Shown piece after piece: positions 8,439 to 18,843 of a stretch of DNA of 64,000 nt (its first letter is position 1; every line of letters begins with the position of its first letter). This stretch comes from a virus (Duplodnaviria > Heunggongvirae > Uroviricota > Caudoviricetes). The position numbers and the translations under genes are program-made. The notes under the pieces were generated by a model. It ran no database searches. It worked only from the letters and a program-made list of their open reading frames with translations, and was not told the DNA's origin. Location of the stretch: IMG/VR virus record IMGVR_UViG_3300032116_000006; one strand, given 5' to 3'.

Positions 8439-9479
8439 ATGGACGATTTTTTAAAGGACTTAATTAAAGAAGTTGGAGGAGAATACACAAAGCTTGCTTC
8501 TAAAATTGAACAGACTGAGACATATGTTGATACAGGTTCTTATGTCTTAAATGCTCTAGTTTCTGGTAGTATTTTTGGTGGAATTTCACAGCAAAGAATT
8601 ACTGGATTGGCTGCAGATGAATCTTGCGGAAAAACATTCATAGCTCTTACTGTTGTGAAAAATTTTCTTGATGTAAATGAGAATGGAGTATGTCTATATT
8701 TTGATACTGAAAAAGCAATTGATCCTTTACTTTTAGCTCAAAAAAATATTGATCCAAATAGAATTATTATTAGTAATGTTGTAACTATTGAGGAATTTCG
8801 CTCTAGGGCTCTTAAGGCTGTTGATTCTTATTTAAAAAAGCCAGAATCTGAACGAAGACCTCTTTTTATTGTACTAGATTCTCTTGGAATGCTTTCAACC
8901 AATAAAGAAATTTCTGATGCCTTAGAAAGTAAAGATACTAGGGATATGACCAAAGCACAATTGGCAAAGGGTGCTTTCAGAATGCTTACTTTAAAACTTG
9001 GAGAAGCTAAGATTCCTATGATTGTGAATAATCACCTTTATAGTTCTATGTCAATGTATTCACCTAAAGATATGTCTTCGGGTTCAGGTCTCAAGTTCGC
9101 TGCCTCTACAATTCTTTACATTTCTAAATCTAAAGAAAAAGAAGGAACTGAAGTTGTTGGTGTTATTCTAAAATTTAAGACTATCAAATCCCGAATATCA
9201 AGAGAAAATCGTGAAGTTGAAGTAAGATTATTCTATGATGAAAGAGGTCTTGATCGCCATTATGGACTTTTACCTCTTGCTGTAGAAGGTGGAGTCATTG
9301 AAAGAACTGGAAATCGTTATGTCTTTGGAGAAAACAAATTCTTTGAAAAAGAAATTATGAAAGACCCAGAAAGATTCTTTACACAAGATGTTCTAGAGAA
9401 AATTGATGCCTATGCTAAAACCAAATTCAATTATGGTTCAGCTATTGGAGTAATTGAAGAGGAAGAAAACGACGAGTGA
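8439..9479 (+). CDS. uvsX: RecA-like recombinase UvsX
   Basis: VDTGSYVLNALVSG, ADESCGKT, IVLDSLGML; position between gp43 and gp41. Confidence 0.93.
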   Translation: MDDFLKDLIKEVGGEYTKLASKIEQTETYVDTGSYVLNALVSGSIFGGISQQRITGLAADESCGKTFIALTVVKNFLDVNENGVCLYFDTEKAIDPLLLAQKNIDPNRIIISNVVTIEEFRSRALKAVDSYLKKPESERRPLFIVLDSLGMLSTNKEISDALESKDTRDMTKAQLAKGAFRMLTLKLGEAKIPMIVNNHLYSSMSMYSPKDMSSGSGLKFAASTILYISKSKEKEGTEVVGVILKFKTIKSRISRENREVEVRLFYDERGLDRHYGLLPLAVEGGVIERTGNRYVFGENKFFEKEIMKDPERFFTQDVLEKIDAYAKTKFNYGSAIGVIEEEENDE

Positions 9480-10852
9480 TAATGGAAACAACTGAAGCAC
9501 TGATTTTAAGAAATTTAATATACAATGAAGACTTTGCAAGAAAATCTTTACCATTCATAAGAACTGAATATTTCATTGATAGCCTTCAAGGAATTTTATA
9601 TGATGAGATTTCATCTTTTATCACTGAATATAATTCCCTTCCAACAAAAGAAGCTCTCCATATTGAACTAGAAAAAAGAACAGATCTAAATGAGCAATCC
9701 TTCCCAAAGGTCATGTCATTTCTTTCTGATCTTTCAGAAGAACCAGCAGACAATGAATGGCTTTTAAATACCACTGAACAATGGTGTAAAGATAGAGCAG
9801 TTTATCTTGCAATTAGACAATGTATTCTTATTGCGGATGGGAATGATACAAAACTTTCAAAGGAATCAATACCTTCAATCCTTAGTGATGCTCTTGCTGT
9901 AAGTTTTGATAGTCATGTTGGTCATGATTATATTGAAGATGCTGAAAGCCGCTATGAGTCTTATACTCTTAAAGAAGAAAAGCTTCCATTTGATTTGAAT
10001 TATTTTAATAAGATTACAGATGGTGGATTGTCTCCTAAGACTCTTACAGTTCTTCTTGCATCTACTGGTGCTGGTAAAAGTCTTGCGATGTGCCATTTTG
10101 CAAGTTCATATTTGTCTCAAGGAAAAAATGTACTTTACATTACACTTGAGATGTCTGAAGAGAAAATTGCTCAAAGAATTGATGCAAATCTTTTAGATAT
10201 AAAAATTCAAGATTTTTCAAAAATTTCAAAATCTGATTTTGAAACAAAAATTAAACGATTATCATCTAAAACTCATGGAAAATTAATCATTAAAGAATAT
10301 CCACCAGTATCTGCACATTCTGGACATTTTAAGGCTTTTATAAATGAACTCAAACTAAAAAAATCTTTTACTCCTGATTTGATTTTTGTTGACTATTTAA
10401 ATATATGTGCCTCTAGTAGACTCAAAAATAATGGACAACACAATAGCTATACCACTGTAAAGTCCATTGCAGAAGAGATTCGTTCAATAGCTGTTGAGTA
10501 TAATGTTCCTATAATTAGTGCAACTCAAACGGTTAGATCTTCAATTTCTAGTTCAGATTTAAATCTTGCAGATACATCTGAAAGCATTGGGATTACTCAT
10601 ACTGTTGATTATATGTTCGGTCTTATTTCAACTGAAGAATTAGAAAGCATTAATCAAATTATGGTTAAACAACTAAAGAACCGATATGGCGCTTTAGATC
10701 CTTATAGGAGGTTTACAGTTGGCATAGATAGAGCGAAGATGAGACTTTATGACGTAGAGCAAGAAGCACAAGAATCAATCATTCAAGAGAGTGATCTACA
10801 GCAAAAACCAAAAGACCTTAAGTCCAAATTTCAAACTTTTAATTTTGAATAA
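9476..10852 (+). CDS. 41: Replicative helicase (gp41)
   Basis: STGAGKS, YITLEMSEE, IFVDYLNI, KQLKNRYG. Confidence 0.95.
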   Translation: MIMETTEALILRNLIYNEDFARKSLPFIRTEYFIDSLQGILYDEISSFITEYNSLPTKEALHIELEKRTDLNEQSFPKVMSFLSDLSEEPADNEWLLNTTEQWCKDRAVYLAIRQCILIADGNDTKLSKESIPSILSDALAVSFDSHVGHDYIEDAESRYESYTLKEEKLPFDLNYFNKITDGGLSPKTLTVLLASTGAGKSLAMCHFASSYLSQGKNVLYITLEMSEEKIAQRIDANLLDIKIQDFSKISKSDFETKIKRLSSKTHGKLIIKEYPPVSAHSGHFKAFINELKLKKSFTPDLIFVDYLNICASSRLKNNGQHNSYTTVKSIAEEIRSIAVEYNVPIISATQTVRSSISSSDLNLADTSESIGITHTVDYMFGLISTEELESINQIMVKQLKNRYGALDPYRRFTVGIDRAKMRLYDVEQEAQESIIQESDLQQKPKDLKSKFQTFNFE

Positions 10853-10853
10853 A

Positions 10854-11228
10854 ATGACCACAATTACAGATACTAGCCAAAAAGATAGATTAGAAGAATT
10901 ATTAAATCATGCTAGAAGACAATTAGAGCATAATGATAAAATTGAAACCGAACGACAAAAACGGATACCTCGTTTTCCTGACGAAAAAACTACAAAGCAA
11001 AAAGAACAAGAATATCTTGAGAAACTAAAATTAAATCCAGATTTAGAAATACCAGAAGAATTGTTATACACTACAATGACTGGAATGAATATTCAGCTTG
11101 AGAATAGTGTTGAAGAATATCCGACTCTTAAATACTCATGCCTCAGATTAATTCCTCATACACAAATAAAGCAGATAAAATTTTATCCAGAAAGTGAAAT
11201 GTTTTTAATAAAAAAGTTCAACAAGTAG
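10854..11228 (+). CDS. Hypothetical protein, paralog of 11235-11567
   Basis: EQEYLEKLKLNPDLEIPEELLYTTMTG. Confidence 0.7.
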   Translation: MTTITDTSQKDRLEELLNHARRQLEHNDKIETERQKRIPRFPDEKTTKQKEQEYLEKLKLNPDLEIPEELLYTTMTGMNIQLENSVEEYPTLKYSCLRLIPHTQIKQIKFYPESEMFLIKKFNK

Positions 11229-11234
11229 AATAAA

Positions 11235-11567
11235 ATGTTTACTATTTCAGACCAAATCCGGCAACAAATTCTTGAAGTTTTTGATAAAAATGAAGAGATC
11301 GTATCATATTACGATCTCGGTAAATCTTCAAGAGAATCAGAAAAAGAATATCTTGAAGCAAAGAAAACTAATCCAGATCTTGAATTGCCATCTGCATTAA
11401 AATTTACAACCATTACTGGAATTGAAAATCAAATTGAATCTTGTAATGTGAATCCTGATAAGGATAATGTTGATAGATTTCATGGGTTTTATTTACGGCA
11501 ACAGCCAAAAGACAATAATGGCACTTTAAGGTTTAGTATAGAAAAATTCCTAATAACCAAAGTCTAA
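11235..11567 (+). CDS. Hypothetical protein, paralog of 10854-11228
   Basis: EKEYLEAKKTNPDLELPSALKFTTITG. Confidence 0.7.
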   Translation: MFTISDQIRQQILEVFDKNEEIVSYYDLGKSSRESEKEYLEAKKTNPDLELPSALKFTTITGIENQIESCNVNPDKDNVDRFHGFYLRQQPKDNNGTLRFSIEKFLITKV

Positions 11568-11591
11568 TAACAAACAGCTAAACTAATAAAA

Positions 11592-12002
11592 ATGACACAA
11601 CAAATTACAACAACTGAATACGCAGAATTTGTCGCCAAAGTGACTTCAAAACCCTCCACAGATTTGAATGTTCTTATTGCCCGTTTGCAAGAACTACAAG
11701 ACCTTGGGGCAAATGTTCCTCAACTCATTACGGCATCTCATGGTATTAGTGCTGAAGCTGGTGAGTTTACTGACATCGTAAAGAAAATTTTATGGCAATC
11801 TAAACCATACAACGAAGAAAACATCCTTAAATTGAAGAAAGAATTGGGAGATGTATTATTTTACGTTCAAATGGCTTGTACTGCATTGGGTGTAACAATT
11901 GATGAAGTTCTTCAAATGAATTTTGAAAAACTTTCTGCTCGTTATCCTGAAGGTACATTTAATGTAAACCGCTCAGAAAACCGTAAAGAGGGAGATTTAT
12001 GA
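11592..12002 (+). CDS. mazG: MazG-like NTP pyrophosphohydrolase
   Basis: AEAGEFTDIVKK...KKELGDVLFY acidic motif. Confidence 0.88.
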   Translation: MTQQITTTEYAEFVAKVTSKPSTDLNVLIARLQELQDLGANVPQLITASHGISAEAGEFTDIVKKILWQSKPYNEENILKLKKELGDVLFYVQMACTALGVTIDEVLQMNFEKLSARYPEGTFNVNRSENRKEGDL

Positions 12003-12478
12003 AAACTATCAAATCTATAAATATCTGCTCAGATCACAATTCTGAGTGGACGGTTGAACCAGTTTTTGATAACGGTGATAATTTTGACGAAAAATGGAAA
12101 GATGTACCAAATGATATGGAGTTTTACAAATACACTGAAAATTTTGAAGAGTTTCTTAAAAGCTACTTAGATTTTCTTTCAGATTATGATATAGTAAACG
12201 TAAAATTTTATAGTGACTATGTTGCTCAACCGATAAAAGAACTTGCTGAACTCGCTAGATCTGTAAAGGGATATTTTACGGGGTTTGCTACATCTCCATT
12301 TTTTATCTATAAATTTAAATCCTATCCTACAAATAATGGTTTATCTTTTGATACAAAAGAAGCCCTTATTAAACATTGTTCTCAATTGAGTAATTGTGTA
12401 TTTTACGGTGTCACATATTCTCAAAAAACAAATGAATACATAATACGTTATACTGAAGTAGAGCCAACAAAAAAGTAA
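11999..12478 (+). CDS. Hypothetical protein (paralog of the next gene)
   Basis: FTGFATSPFFIY...IRYTEVEPT. Confidence 0.7.
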   Translation: MKTIKSINICSDHNSEWTVEPVFDNGDNFDEKWKDVPNDMEFYKYTENFEEFLKSYLDFLSDYDIVNVKFYSDYVAQPIKELAELARSVKGYFTGFATSPFFIYKFKSYPTNNGLSFDTKEALIKHCSQLSNCVFYGVTYSQKTNEYIIRYTEVEPTKK

Positions 12479-12482
12479 ATCA

Positions 12483-12845
12483 ATGAAAAACATCCAGGAA
12501 CCACAAACAGTTTTTAGCTATGACGAGTGGCTTAAATTCATGTCAAATATTGGCGCAGAATTTCAACCGGACTTGGTAGAATTTATCTCATCTATTAAAG
12601 AAAGTTTTATTGGATTTTGTAAAACCCCACTTATCATATATGATGGAAAAGTTGGCACGGCCCGATCCGCAGTATTTAACTCTAAACATGAAGTTTTAAA
12701 TTTTTTAAAAGATAAATCTTGTTTTCTTTATAGTTTAGATGAATTTTCTACAATGTTGCCATCTGGAGAAAAAGAAATTTCATTAAAAATGAGGTATATT
12801 GAAGTAGAACCAACAACACAAACAAAACTTGAACCACAATGCTAA
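12483..12845 (+). CDS. Hypothetical protein (paralog of the previous gene)
   Basis: FIGFCKTPLIIY...MRYIEVEPT. Confidence 0.7.
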   Translation: MKNIQEPQTVFSYDEWLKFMSNIGAEFQPDLVEFISSIKESFIGFCKTPLIIYDGKVGTARSAVFNSKHEVLNFLKDKSCFLYSLDEFSTMLPSGEKEISLKMRYIEVEPTTQTKLEPQC

Positions 12846-13408
12846 CCCCAGATAATATCTTCACAATCTTGTCTATCAGTTTCACTATTATCCTCGGAAT
12901 AGGGGCTTTAATTGTTAGAAAACAGGCAATTAAAGCCTGGTCTATGACGACTAAGGCACCTATATTGAAAAACACAAAATCTGCATACAACGTTCCATTA
13001 AAAGAGCGTTTGAGGCGTTTTAAAGTAAGACTTAAAACACTCTTTAATATTCCAGAATATCGTAACTCTGACTATTTTGGGAAAATTAAACTTCCATCTA
13101 ATACTAACATTCCAGTAAAAATCCCAAATTTCTGGTATATTCCATTTGAAGTTTATCTCTTAGCTCATCTACAGAGGGCACATTTTATCATGACTTGTGA
13201 TGAATATTTTTATGTTGATTCTGGGATGGCACGTTTAACCACACTTTTCCCCAAAAAAGAAAATTCATCAGACTTATTTGATCATAACTTTCTTTCTGGA
13301 ACCATAGAAATGTGGACTGAGAGGGATGGTTCATTAGCTGTTAAAAAAACTAATGGGAAAATTGAAATTATAAAAGAAGATGAAGCAAAAACTAACTCTA
13401 ACAACTAA
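12839..13408 (+). CDS. Hypothetical protein with N-terminal TM helix
   Basis: Hydrophobic IFTILSISFTIILGIGALIV. Confidence 0.65.
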   Translation: MLTPDNIFTILSISFTIILGIGALIVRKQAIKAWSMTTKAPILKNTKSAYNVPLKERLRRFKVRLKTLFNIPEYRNSDYFGKIKLPSNTNIPVKIPNFWYIPFEVYLLAHLQRAHFIMTCDEYFYVDSGMARLTTLFPKKENSSDLFDHNFLSGTIEMWTERDGSLAVKKTNGKIEIIKEDEAKTNSNN

Positions 13409-13526
13409 AGAATCCCAAGATGTTCTTGAAATTCTTATTGAGCACCAAAAGAATTATGGAACAGACCATACACCTGAGCGAATTATTAGGATTCGTGGTG
13501 TGATTGAAAAACTAACAAGTAATTAA
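13380..13526 (+). CDS. Small hypothetical protein (48 aa)
   Basis: MKQKLTLTTKESQDVLEILIEHQKNYGTDHTPERIIRIRGVIEKLTSN*. Confidence 0.55.
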   Translation: MKQKLTLTTKESQDVLEILIEHQKNYGTDHTPERIIRIRGVIEKLTSN

Positions 13527-13532
13527 ACTAAA

Positions 13533-13958
13533 ATGAGTCTATTTAATGCTAAAATTTTAAATGTGTCAGAAATTTACCCAAATGGACAGACATTTGAACC
13601 CACAACAGAAGTAACTGTAAAATTTAATATTCCTGCAGAACCTCTTCGGAGTAGTTATTATAATCTAGGTGGTGCAATTATGTATGCCTATGATAATTAT
13701 GACGAATCCAATATTGAAAGGTGGATTGAAACAACAAAAGTTCAAAGAGCAGTGTTCCTTGATGCGGATAAATTGTCTAATGAACAAATGGAAACAAATA
13801 ATCAACTAAAACCAAATTATGACATGAATGATGTAGATAGAGCTAGACTAAAATTTGATATTTTCGCTTTAGCCTCAGATTTAGCAAAAGATAGAAACTG
13901 GACGGAAAACCAATTTTTTGAATTTGCAGATAGGCTTTGTCAACGTATCTTAACTTAA
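13533..13958 (+). CDS. Hypothetical protein
   Basis: 141-aa ORF in gene string. Confidence 0.65.
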   Translation: MSLFNAKILNVSEIYPNGQTFEPTTEVTVKFNIPAEPLRSSYYNLGGAIMYAYDNYDESNIERWIETTKVQRAVFLDADKLSNEQMETNNQLKPNYDMNDVDRARLKFDIFALASDLAKDRNWTENQFFEFADRLCQRILT

Positions 13959-13959
13959 C

Positions 13960-13967
13960 TATAAATA
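13960..13967 (+). promoter_or_regulatory. T4-type late promoter TATAAATA
   Basis: Exact consensus upstream of the cytidyltransferase; also at 18317 and 24207, with variants at 5121, 16913, 27086, 28506, 45883. Confidence 0.75.
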
Positions 13968-14015
13968 ATTAGAGTATCATCTAATAGACTAAATAAGTCA
14001 CATAATTTTAAGATA

Positions 14016-15230
14016 ATGAAAACATTCTCTCAGTTCTTGTTAGAATACCGAGGCAGTAAAGCCAGCGAAAAAGCTTATCGTCTTGGTTTAGTTTCTAATA
14101 AACACGGGGGATGGGTTGATCGCTCTGGGAAACTAATTGCACAAACCGTTAATGGGGATTTACAATTCGTCCAGAAAAAATCACCCTCTCCAGAAAAAGC
14201 TGAAGGAAATTTAACACCATCTCAGGAGCAGGAAGCTCCACAAATAAAGAAAGTTTCTGGTGGAAATCAAACTAAAATAAAATCAGCAAAAGAAGAAGAT
14301 TCTACACCCAAAGTTAAAGGTGAAGATACAATTACTATTGTTTTAGGTAGATTTAATCCACCCACTAATGCTCATCGCCTAATATTTGACAAAGCTATAC
14401 AAGTAGCATCTGGCGGAGAACTGAGAATTTACCCATCAAGAGCACAAAATAGAACCACAGATCCTCTTAATCCTCCTCAAAAAATTAAATATATGAGGAA
14501 AATGTTTCCTGATCTTAAAAAGAAAATTGTTAATGATCGTGCATTAAAAACTATTTTTGAGGTTTTAAAAAATATTTTTGAAGATGGTTTTAAGAATGTT
14601 AATATAGTTGTAGGTGCTGATAGAGTTTCTGAATTTGAAAGACTTGCAAATCAATATAATAATTCAGATTTATATTCATTTGAGGATATTAAAATTGTTT
14701 CTGCTGGCCCAAGAGATCCAGATTCTGCAGATGATTTAACAAGTATGTCTTCAGCTAAACTAAGAAAAGCATCAGTTGAAGATGACTTTCCAACATTTAG
14801 ATCTGGAGTTCCTAGGACTCTTCCTCCACAAGAAGTAGAAAATCTCTTTCATGCTGTGCAGAATGCTCTTGAAGGCAAGAATAAAATGACAGAAATGTGG
14901 AGAATTGCACCTAGTCTAGATTATGAAAATTTAAGAGAAAATTATTATCAAGGAAATATTTTTAAGGTTGGAGATGTAGTTGAAAATCTTATTACTGGTC
15001 TTATTGGTAAAATAACAAGACGCGGCCCAAATTATTTAATATGCGTAACAGAAGATAATATTATGTTTAAGTCTTGGATCAAAGATATAACTGAATGGAT
15101 AGGTTTTTCTTCTGATCAAAGAATTGTTGAATCTGATCAACTTAGTGAATATGTAATGAAATTAACAGGCTCTAAAGCAATTAAGAATTTTCTAAATTCT
15201 TACCGAAAGAGTAAAGAAAAATCTAAATAG
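14016..15230 (+). CDS. Cytidyltransferase-like protein (cyanophage type)
   Basis: GRFNPPTNAH (HIGH-like), IVVGADR, MSSAKLR; MKTFSQFLLE N-terminus. Confidence 0.85.
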   Translation: MKTFSQFLLEYRGSKASEKAYRLGLVSNKHGGWVDRSGKLIAQTVNGDLQFVQKKSPSPEKAEGNLTPSQEQEAPQIKKVSGGNQTKIKSAKEEDSTPKVKGEDTITIVLGRFNPPTNAHRLIFDKAIQVASGGELRIYPSRAQNRTTDPLNPPQKIKYMRKMFPDLKKKIVNDRALKTIFEVLKNIFEDGFKNVNIVVGADRVSEFERLANQYNNSDLYSFEDIKIVSAGPRDPDSADDLTSMSSAKLRKASVEDDFPTFRSGVPRTLPPQEVENLFHAVQNALEGKNKMTEMWRIAPSLDYENLRENYYQGNIFKVGDVVENLITGLIGKITRRGPNYLICVTEDNIMFKSWIKDITEWIGFSSDQRIVESDQLSEYVMKLTGSKAIKNFLNSYRKSKEKSK

Positions 15231-15253
15231 TTCATAAGTTATTAAACAAAAAT

Positions 15254-16651
15254 ATGTCTGATCGCATTATTCAAAGTTTTTCAGAATTGAAAAATATCTA
15301 TCTGACTCAAATTGTTAAAGAAGAAAAAGAATATGGTGAAGACCATGAAGACAAGTATAAAAAGAGTGGTAAGAAGAGTAAGGATTATGACGAAGATGGC
15401 GAAGTAGAAGATGAAGCTGATGAATATGCTGGAGTAAAAGATAAAGCCATTAAAAAATCCAAGACTCATAAAAAAGATAAAGATGAGGACGAAGATTATA
15501 AAATGAAGACAGAATCTTATTCAGATTGGCGGAGCGATCTTTTTGAAATTGTTTCAAAACTTGAACCAAAAATGAAAGATGTTAATAATGATGAAATCAA
15601 AGAGAAGCCAGTTAAAAATAAAATTATTGTCAATCCTTCGGTGAGTGAAAATATCGCCTTTATTAATGGTGAAGAATTAAATGAAGAATTTATCACTGAG
15701 AGTGTAAATATCACTGCCAACTACCTATATGAAATGGGTCTTAATGAGCACGGCCTTGATTTAGTTTTAGAAACTTTAGATGAAGATACATTCCTTGAGT
15801 ATATCTTCTATATTTCTGATGATTATATGCTCACAGAAGCTCGTAGAAGTGGAAGAATTGAACCAGTTACCAAGACTGGTAAACCAATTGCAACTTTACG
15901 TGGTGGAGCTAAAGCATCTGCAATCAGATCTAGAAAAAAAGAAAAAGCATCTAGAGATGTTGAAGATACTAGGCCATCTGGTATGACTGCTGCCCTTAAA
16001 CGGCAAGCGGAGGTTGCTAAGAAAGTGACTATGGATCGGGGCAATAGTGCTGTGAAAGCTGCAGTTGAGGCTCAACCTAAAACTAAACAAAAATCAAATG
16101 AAACTAAAGATAAAATCGCAAGAGGTATTTTAGGTTTCATTTCAGGTGCTCAAAAACAATATGCCAAAGGTATGGAAAGACACAAGGCTGCAATGAAAAT
16201 GGCATCACAGACGGCAGAAGTTGGCTCCAATGTTGCTAAGGCAGTTTCAAAGGGTGCTAAAGCTGTTGGGGGTGGAATAACCAGTGGTGTACGAGTTGCA
16301 ACAGGCCTTGAGACTCCATCTGGAAAAGAAACTAAACTTGGACGCAATGTAGCTGCTGCTACTTATAAAGGTGCTAGAAAGGTTACAAGAGCAGCAAGAG
16401 ATGCTTATGCTAAGGAAGTTGGGTATAGACGTGCAAGAGCACAAACCAATGAAAATGTCCAGTATATTCTAGAAAAAGCAGTAAGTGAGCAACAACAAAA
16501 AATATTTGGGCTAGCCCTTTCAGTAAAACGTGGAATGGTTTCAAGAGATAAAGTTAGCGATAAGGTTTTAGAGATTGCTGATGGAATGTCTGAGGCAGAA
16601 ATTCGTAAATTTGCAACGACTAAACATAAAGGAATACCTAAGAAAGTATGA
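15254..16651 (+). CDS. Putative internal virion protein with C-terminal DUF3008-like domain
   Basis: Charged low-complexity sequence; C-terminal QQQKIFGLALSVKRG...MSEAEIRKFATTKHKGIP. Confidence 0.65.
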   Translation: MSDRIIQSFSELKNIYLTQIVKEEKEYGEDHEDKYKKSGKKSKDYDEDGEVEDEADEYAGVKDKAIKKSKTHKKDKDEDEDYKMKTESYSDWRSDLFEIVSKLEPKMKDVNNDEIKEKPVKNKIIVNPSVSENIAFINGEELNEEFITESVNITANYLYEMGLNEHGLDLVLETLDEDTFLEYIFYISDDYMLTEARRSGRIEPVTKTGKPIATLRGGAKASAIRSRKKEKASRDVEDTRPSGMTAALKRQAEVAKKVTMDRGNSAVKAAVEAQPKTKQKSNETKDKIARGILGFISGAQKQYAKGMERHKAAMKMASQTAEVGSNVAKAVSKGAKAVGGGITSGVRVATGLETPSGKETKLGRNVAAATYKGARKVTRAARDAYAKEVGYRRARAQTNENVQYILEKAVSEQQQKIFGLALSVKRGMVSRDKVSDKVLEIADGMSEAEIRKFATTKHKGIPKKV

Positions 16652-16893
16652 ATAAAAATATAGTATTATCATCTATCTTTAGTGCAACAGTTCTTTCTGC
16701 TATTGCAGGTGGAGTTTTTATTATTGACTGCCGGGTAAATAATGGTGGTGATCTTAAAGATTGTTGGATGACTGGTCTTCCATATATGGGTATTGGTTTA
16801 GCTGGTGGAGCAGGAGCTGCTGGCGGATTTAAAGTTGGCTATGAAACTTATAATCCAAATCTTAGAAAACCAAAAGATGAAGAACTTTCATAA
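16648..16893 (+). CDS. Small membrane protein
   Basis: Two hydrophobic, Gly-rich segments. Confidence 0.6.
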   Translation: MNKNIVLSSIFSATVLSAIAGGVFIIDCRVNNGGDLKDCWMTGLPYMGIGLAGGAGAAGGFKVGYETYNPNLRKPKDEELS

Positions 16894-16951
16894 TTATTGT
16901 ACTAATAATAAACATAAATAATTCTTAGCAAATACTATCCAGGAAATAATA

Positions 16952-17722
16952 ATGGCTCTTTGGGGAATCTCAACTACAACCGAAACTGAAGCAAATAAGT
17001 ATGGTATTCCCAAACATCTTCATGATGTAGACCGGAATAGAACTCCACATAATTGCTTTGCAGATCAAAGGGGTTGGGTCTATCGTTTTTATGGTAGCAC
17101 TGAAAATTCTGGTCTTTCCACTTCATATTATGATGAAGTCATTGTTCCTGTTTCTGGTCTTAATACCACTGGGATTGGTTCTAATTCAACTGGTCTAGGT
17201 CTTGCAACTCCTGTTGCAGTGTTTTTTGAAGACCTAAATCGTTCTTCACCAATTTCTATTGGTGCCGGGGGGACTTCAGGTATTGGAACTGGACGAAATG
17301 GTCATGTTCATCTAGTTTTTAATGAACTTGTTTTCGCTTCTGCTGGTGCAACTTGTATGATTAGACAATTTACTGCTGCTGGAGTTGCAACTGGAACTCC
17401 AATTGTTGCCACTGCACGTTCATATGCAAGCGGAGCGACTGTTACTAATTTTATTAATGATCAATCCTTTAAAACCTTTACTGGCTATAATGGCCAAATT
17501 ACCAATCGTGTTGCTTTTGCTTTTACTGCTCCTTCAACTGGTATTGGGAGTGTATTAAGAATTGACACAAGTAGAGGTTTTGTTGGAGTTATTACAGATC
17601 TTTTCAATGCTGCTGGAGTTACTTCAACTTTTACTGCTGATATGATTCGTAATGTTGGTGGTGCAGGTACTTTTGGCTCAAATGCTGGAATCGGAACCAC
17701 TACTCTTACAATTTTCGCATGA
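16952..17722 (+). CDS. Putative virion structural protein
   Basis: MALWG N-terminus, Gly/Thr-rich, late promoter-like CATAAATA at 16913. Confidence 0.65.
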   Translation: MALWGISTTTETEANKYGIPKHLHDVDRNRTPHNCFADQRGWVYRFYGSTENSGLSTSYYDEVIVPVSGLNTTGIGSNSTGLGLATPVAVFFEDLNRSSPISIGAGGTSGIGTGRNGHVHLVFNELVFASAGATCMIRQFTAAGVATGTPIVATARSYASGATVTNFINDQSFKTFTGYNGQITNRVAFAFTAPSTGIGSVLRIDTSRGFVGVITDLFNAAGVTSTFTADMIRNVGGAGTFGSNAGIGTTTLTIFA

Positions 17723-17728
17723 TTATAG

Positions 17729-18106
17729 ATGCAGTTTAATGAATTGAATGAAGATAATTTTCTTCTATTTGCGATAAAAAATTATGAAAATCCTCAAGCT
17801 CTAACTAGAGAAGATTTTGAAAAGGATCTTAATCAGTTTAGGTATATTAAACGATTACTTAAAAAATATAAAAAAACTGGCGATTTAAAGGTTCATTTAA
17901 TTCTTAATCATTTTGTGATACTTTATAATATTTTTGGAGAAGCCACAACTCCTATGCTTTTCTATAAGCTTGATTGCGAACTGTGGAGTACAATTAAATC
18001 ATTTATTGTTTTTCTCAATCGTCTTCCAGAGTTTCCAATTAGTTATATACATCTTATAGAAGAAGATCAAAACTGCAAACGATTATTACATGACGCCACT
18101 AGATAG
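17729..18106 (+). CDS. Conserved T4-like cyanophage hypothetical protein
   Basis: MQFNELNEDNFLLFAIKNYENPQ...HLILNH. Confidence 0.7.
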   Translation: MQFNELNEDNFLLFAIKNYENPQALTREDFEKDLNQFRYIKRLLKKYKKTGDLKVHLILNHFVILYNIFGEATTPMLFYKLDCELWSTIKSFIVFLNRLPEFPISYIHLIEEDQNCKRLLHDATR

Positions 18107-18314
18107 AATTATTACAATTATAAGAGAAGATGTAATGACTGCAAATGCGCCTGGCGAGGGTGGGGGATTTGGAGGTTCCTCACCGGAACCAAGAGCAGGA
18201 TATGATACAATAATGGGGATGAATTTAACAAGACGCGGAAAAATAGATAAAAGAAATACAAAAAGTTATAAGAAAAAATATAACTCTTGGCTGAAATCAT
18301 TGGGACTTTTGTAA
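18090..18314 (+). CDS. Small late hypothetical protein
   Basis: MTANAPG...PRAGYD motif. Confidence 0.6.
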   Translation: MTPLDRIITIIREDVMTANAPGEGGGFGGSSPEPRAGYDTIMGMNLTRRGKIDKRNTKSYKKKYNSWLKSLGLL

Positions 18315-18369
18315 ATTATAAATATTTAAGTATTATCGTTTTCCAAAGTGAGCACATTTGGAGTAATTA

Positions 18370-18834
18370 ATGGCAGAAGATTCAGTTCGGTTAGCGATTT
18401 TAGAAAAAAGTCAAGAAACTTCAGAAAAAGAAATGTCAGCTTTACGGGAAGCTATTTCTGAGATAAGTAAGGTTAATATAAGAATTAGCGAATTATTAGC
18501 TGTACATCAAGTAAAATTAGACCAACAACAACAAAAGGAAGAAGATCTTAACCGAAAAGTTGAAACTGGAATCTCTAAACTGACTTTAAAAATGGATGTA
18601 GATAGAGATGAAATATATAAGAAAATGGAGACTAATAAGACTGACCTGCTCACTGCTGTTGCAACCTTAGAAACAAAATTTGATAATATAAAGGGTAAAG
18701 TTTTTATTGGTGTTGGGGTAGCTCTCACTTTTCAATTAATTTTGACTGTTTTTGGGCCTTCACTGATCTCAAACATGACAACAAAGGTGGTCTTGACAAA
18801 TCCGCAACCTTCTGCTAGAGTTCAGACACCTTGA
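18370..18834 (+). CDS. Coiled-coil protein with C-terminal TM helix
   Basis: Heptad-rich region then VFIGVGVALTFQLILTVF; late promoter at 18317. Confidence 0.65.
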   Translation: MAEDSVRLAILEKSQETSEKEMSALREAISEISKVNIRISELLAVHQVKLDQQQQKEEDLNRKVETGISKLTLKMDVDRDEIYKKMETNKTDLLTAVATLETKFDNIKGKVFIGVGVALTFQLILTVFGPSLISNMTTKVVLTNPQPSARVQTP

Positions 18835-18843
18835 ACGGTTTGA

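Noticed and set aside
8589-8645. Inactive UvsX (Walker A AxxxxGKT)
   Set aside because: The GKT core and Walker B are intact; first-position Ala variants occur in active P-loop NTPases.
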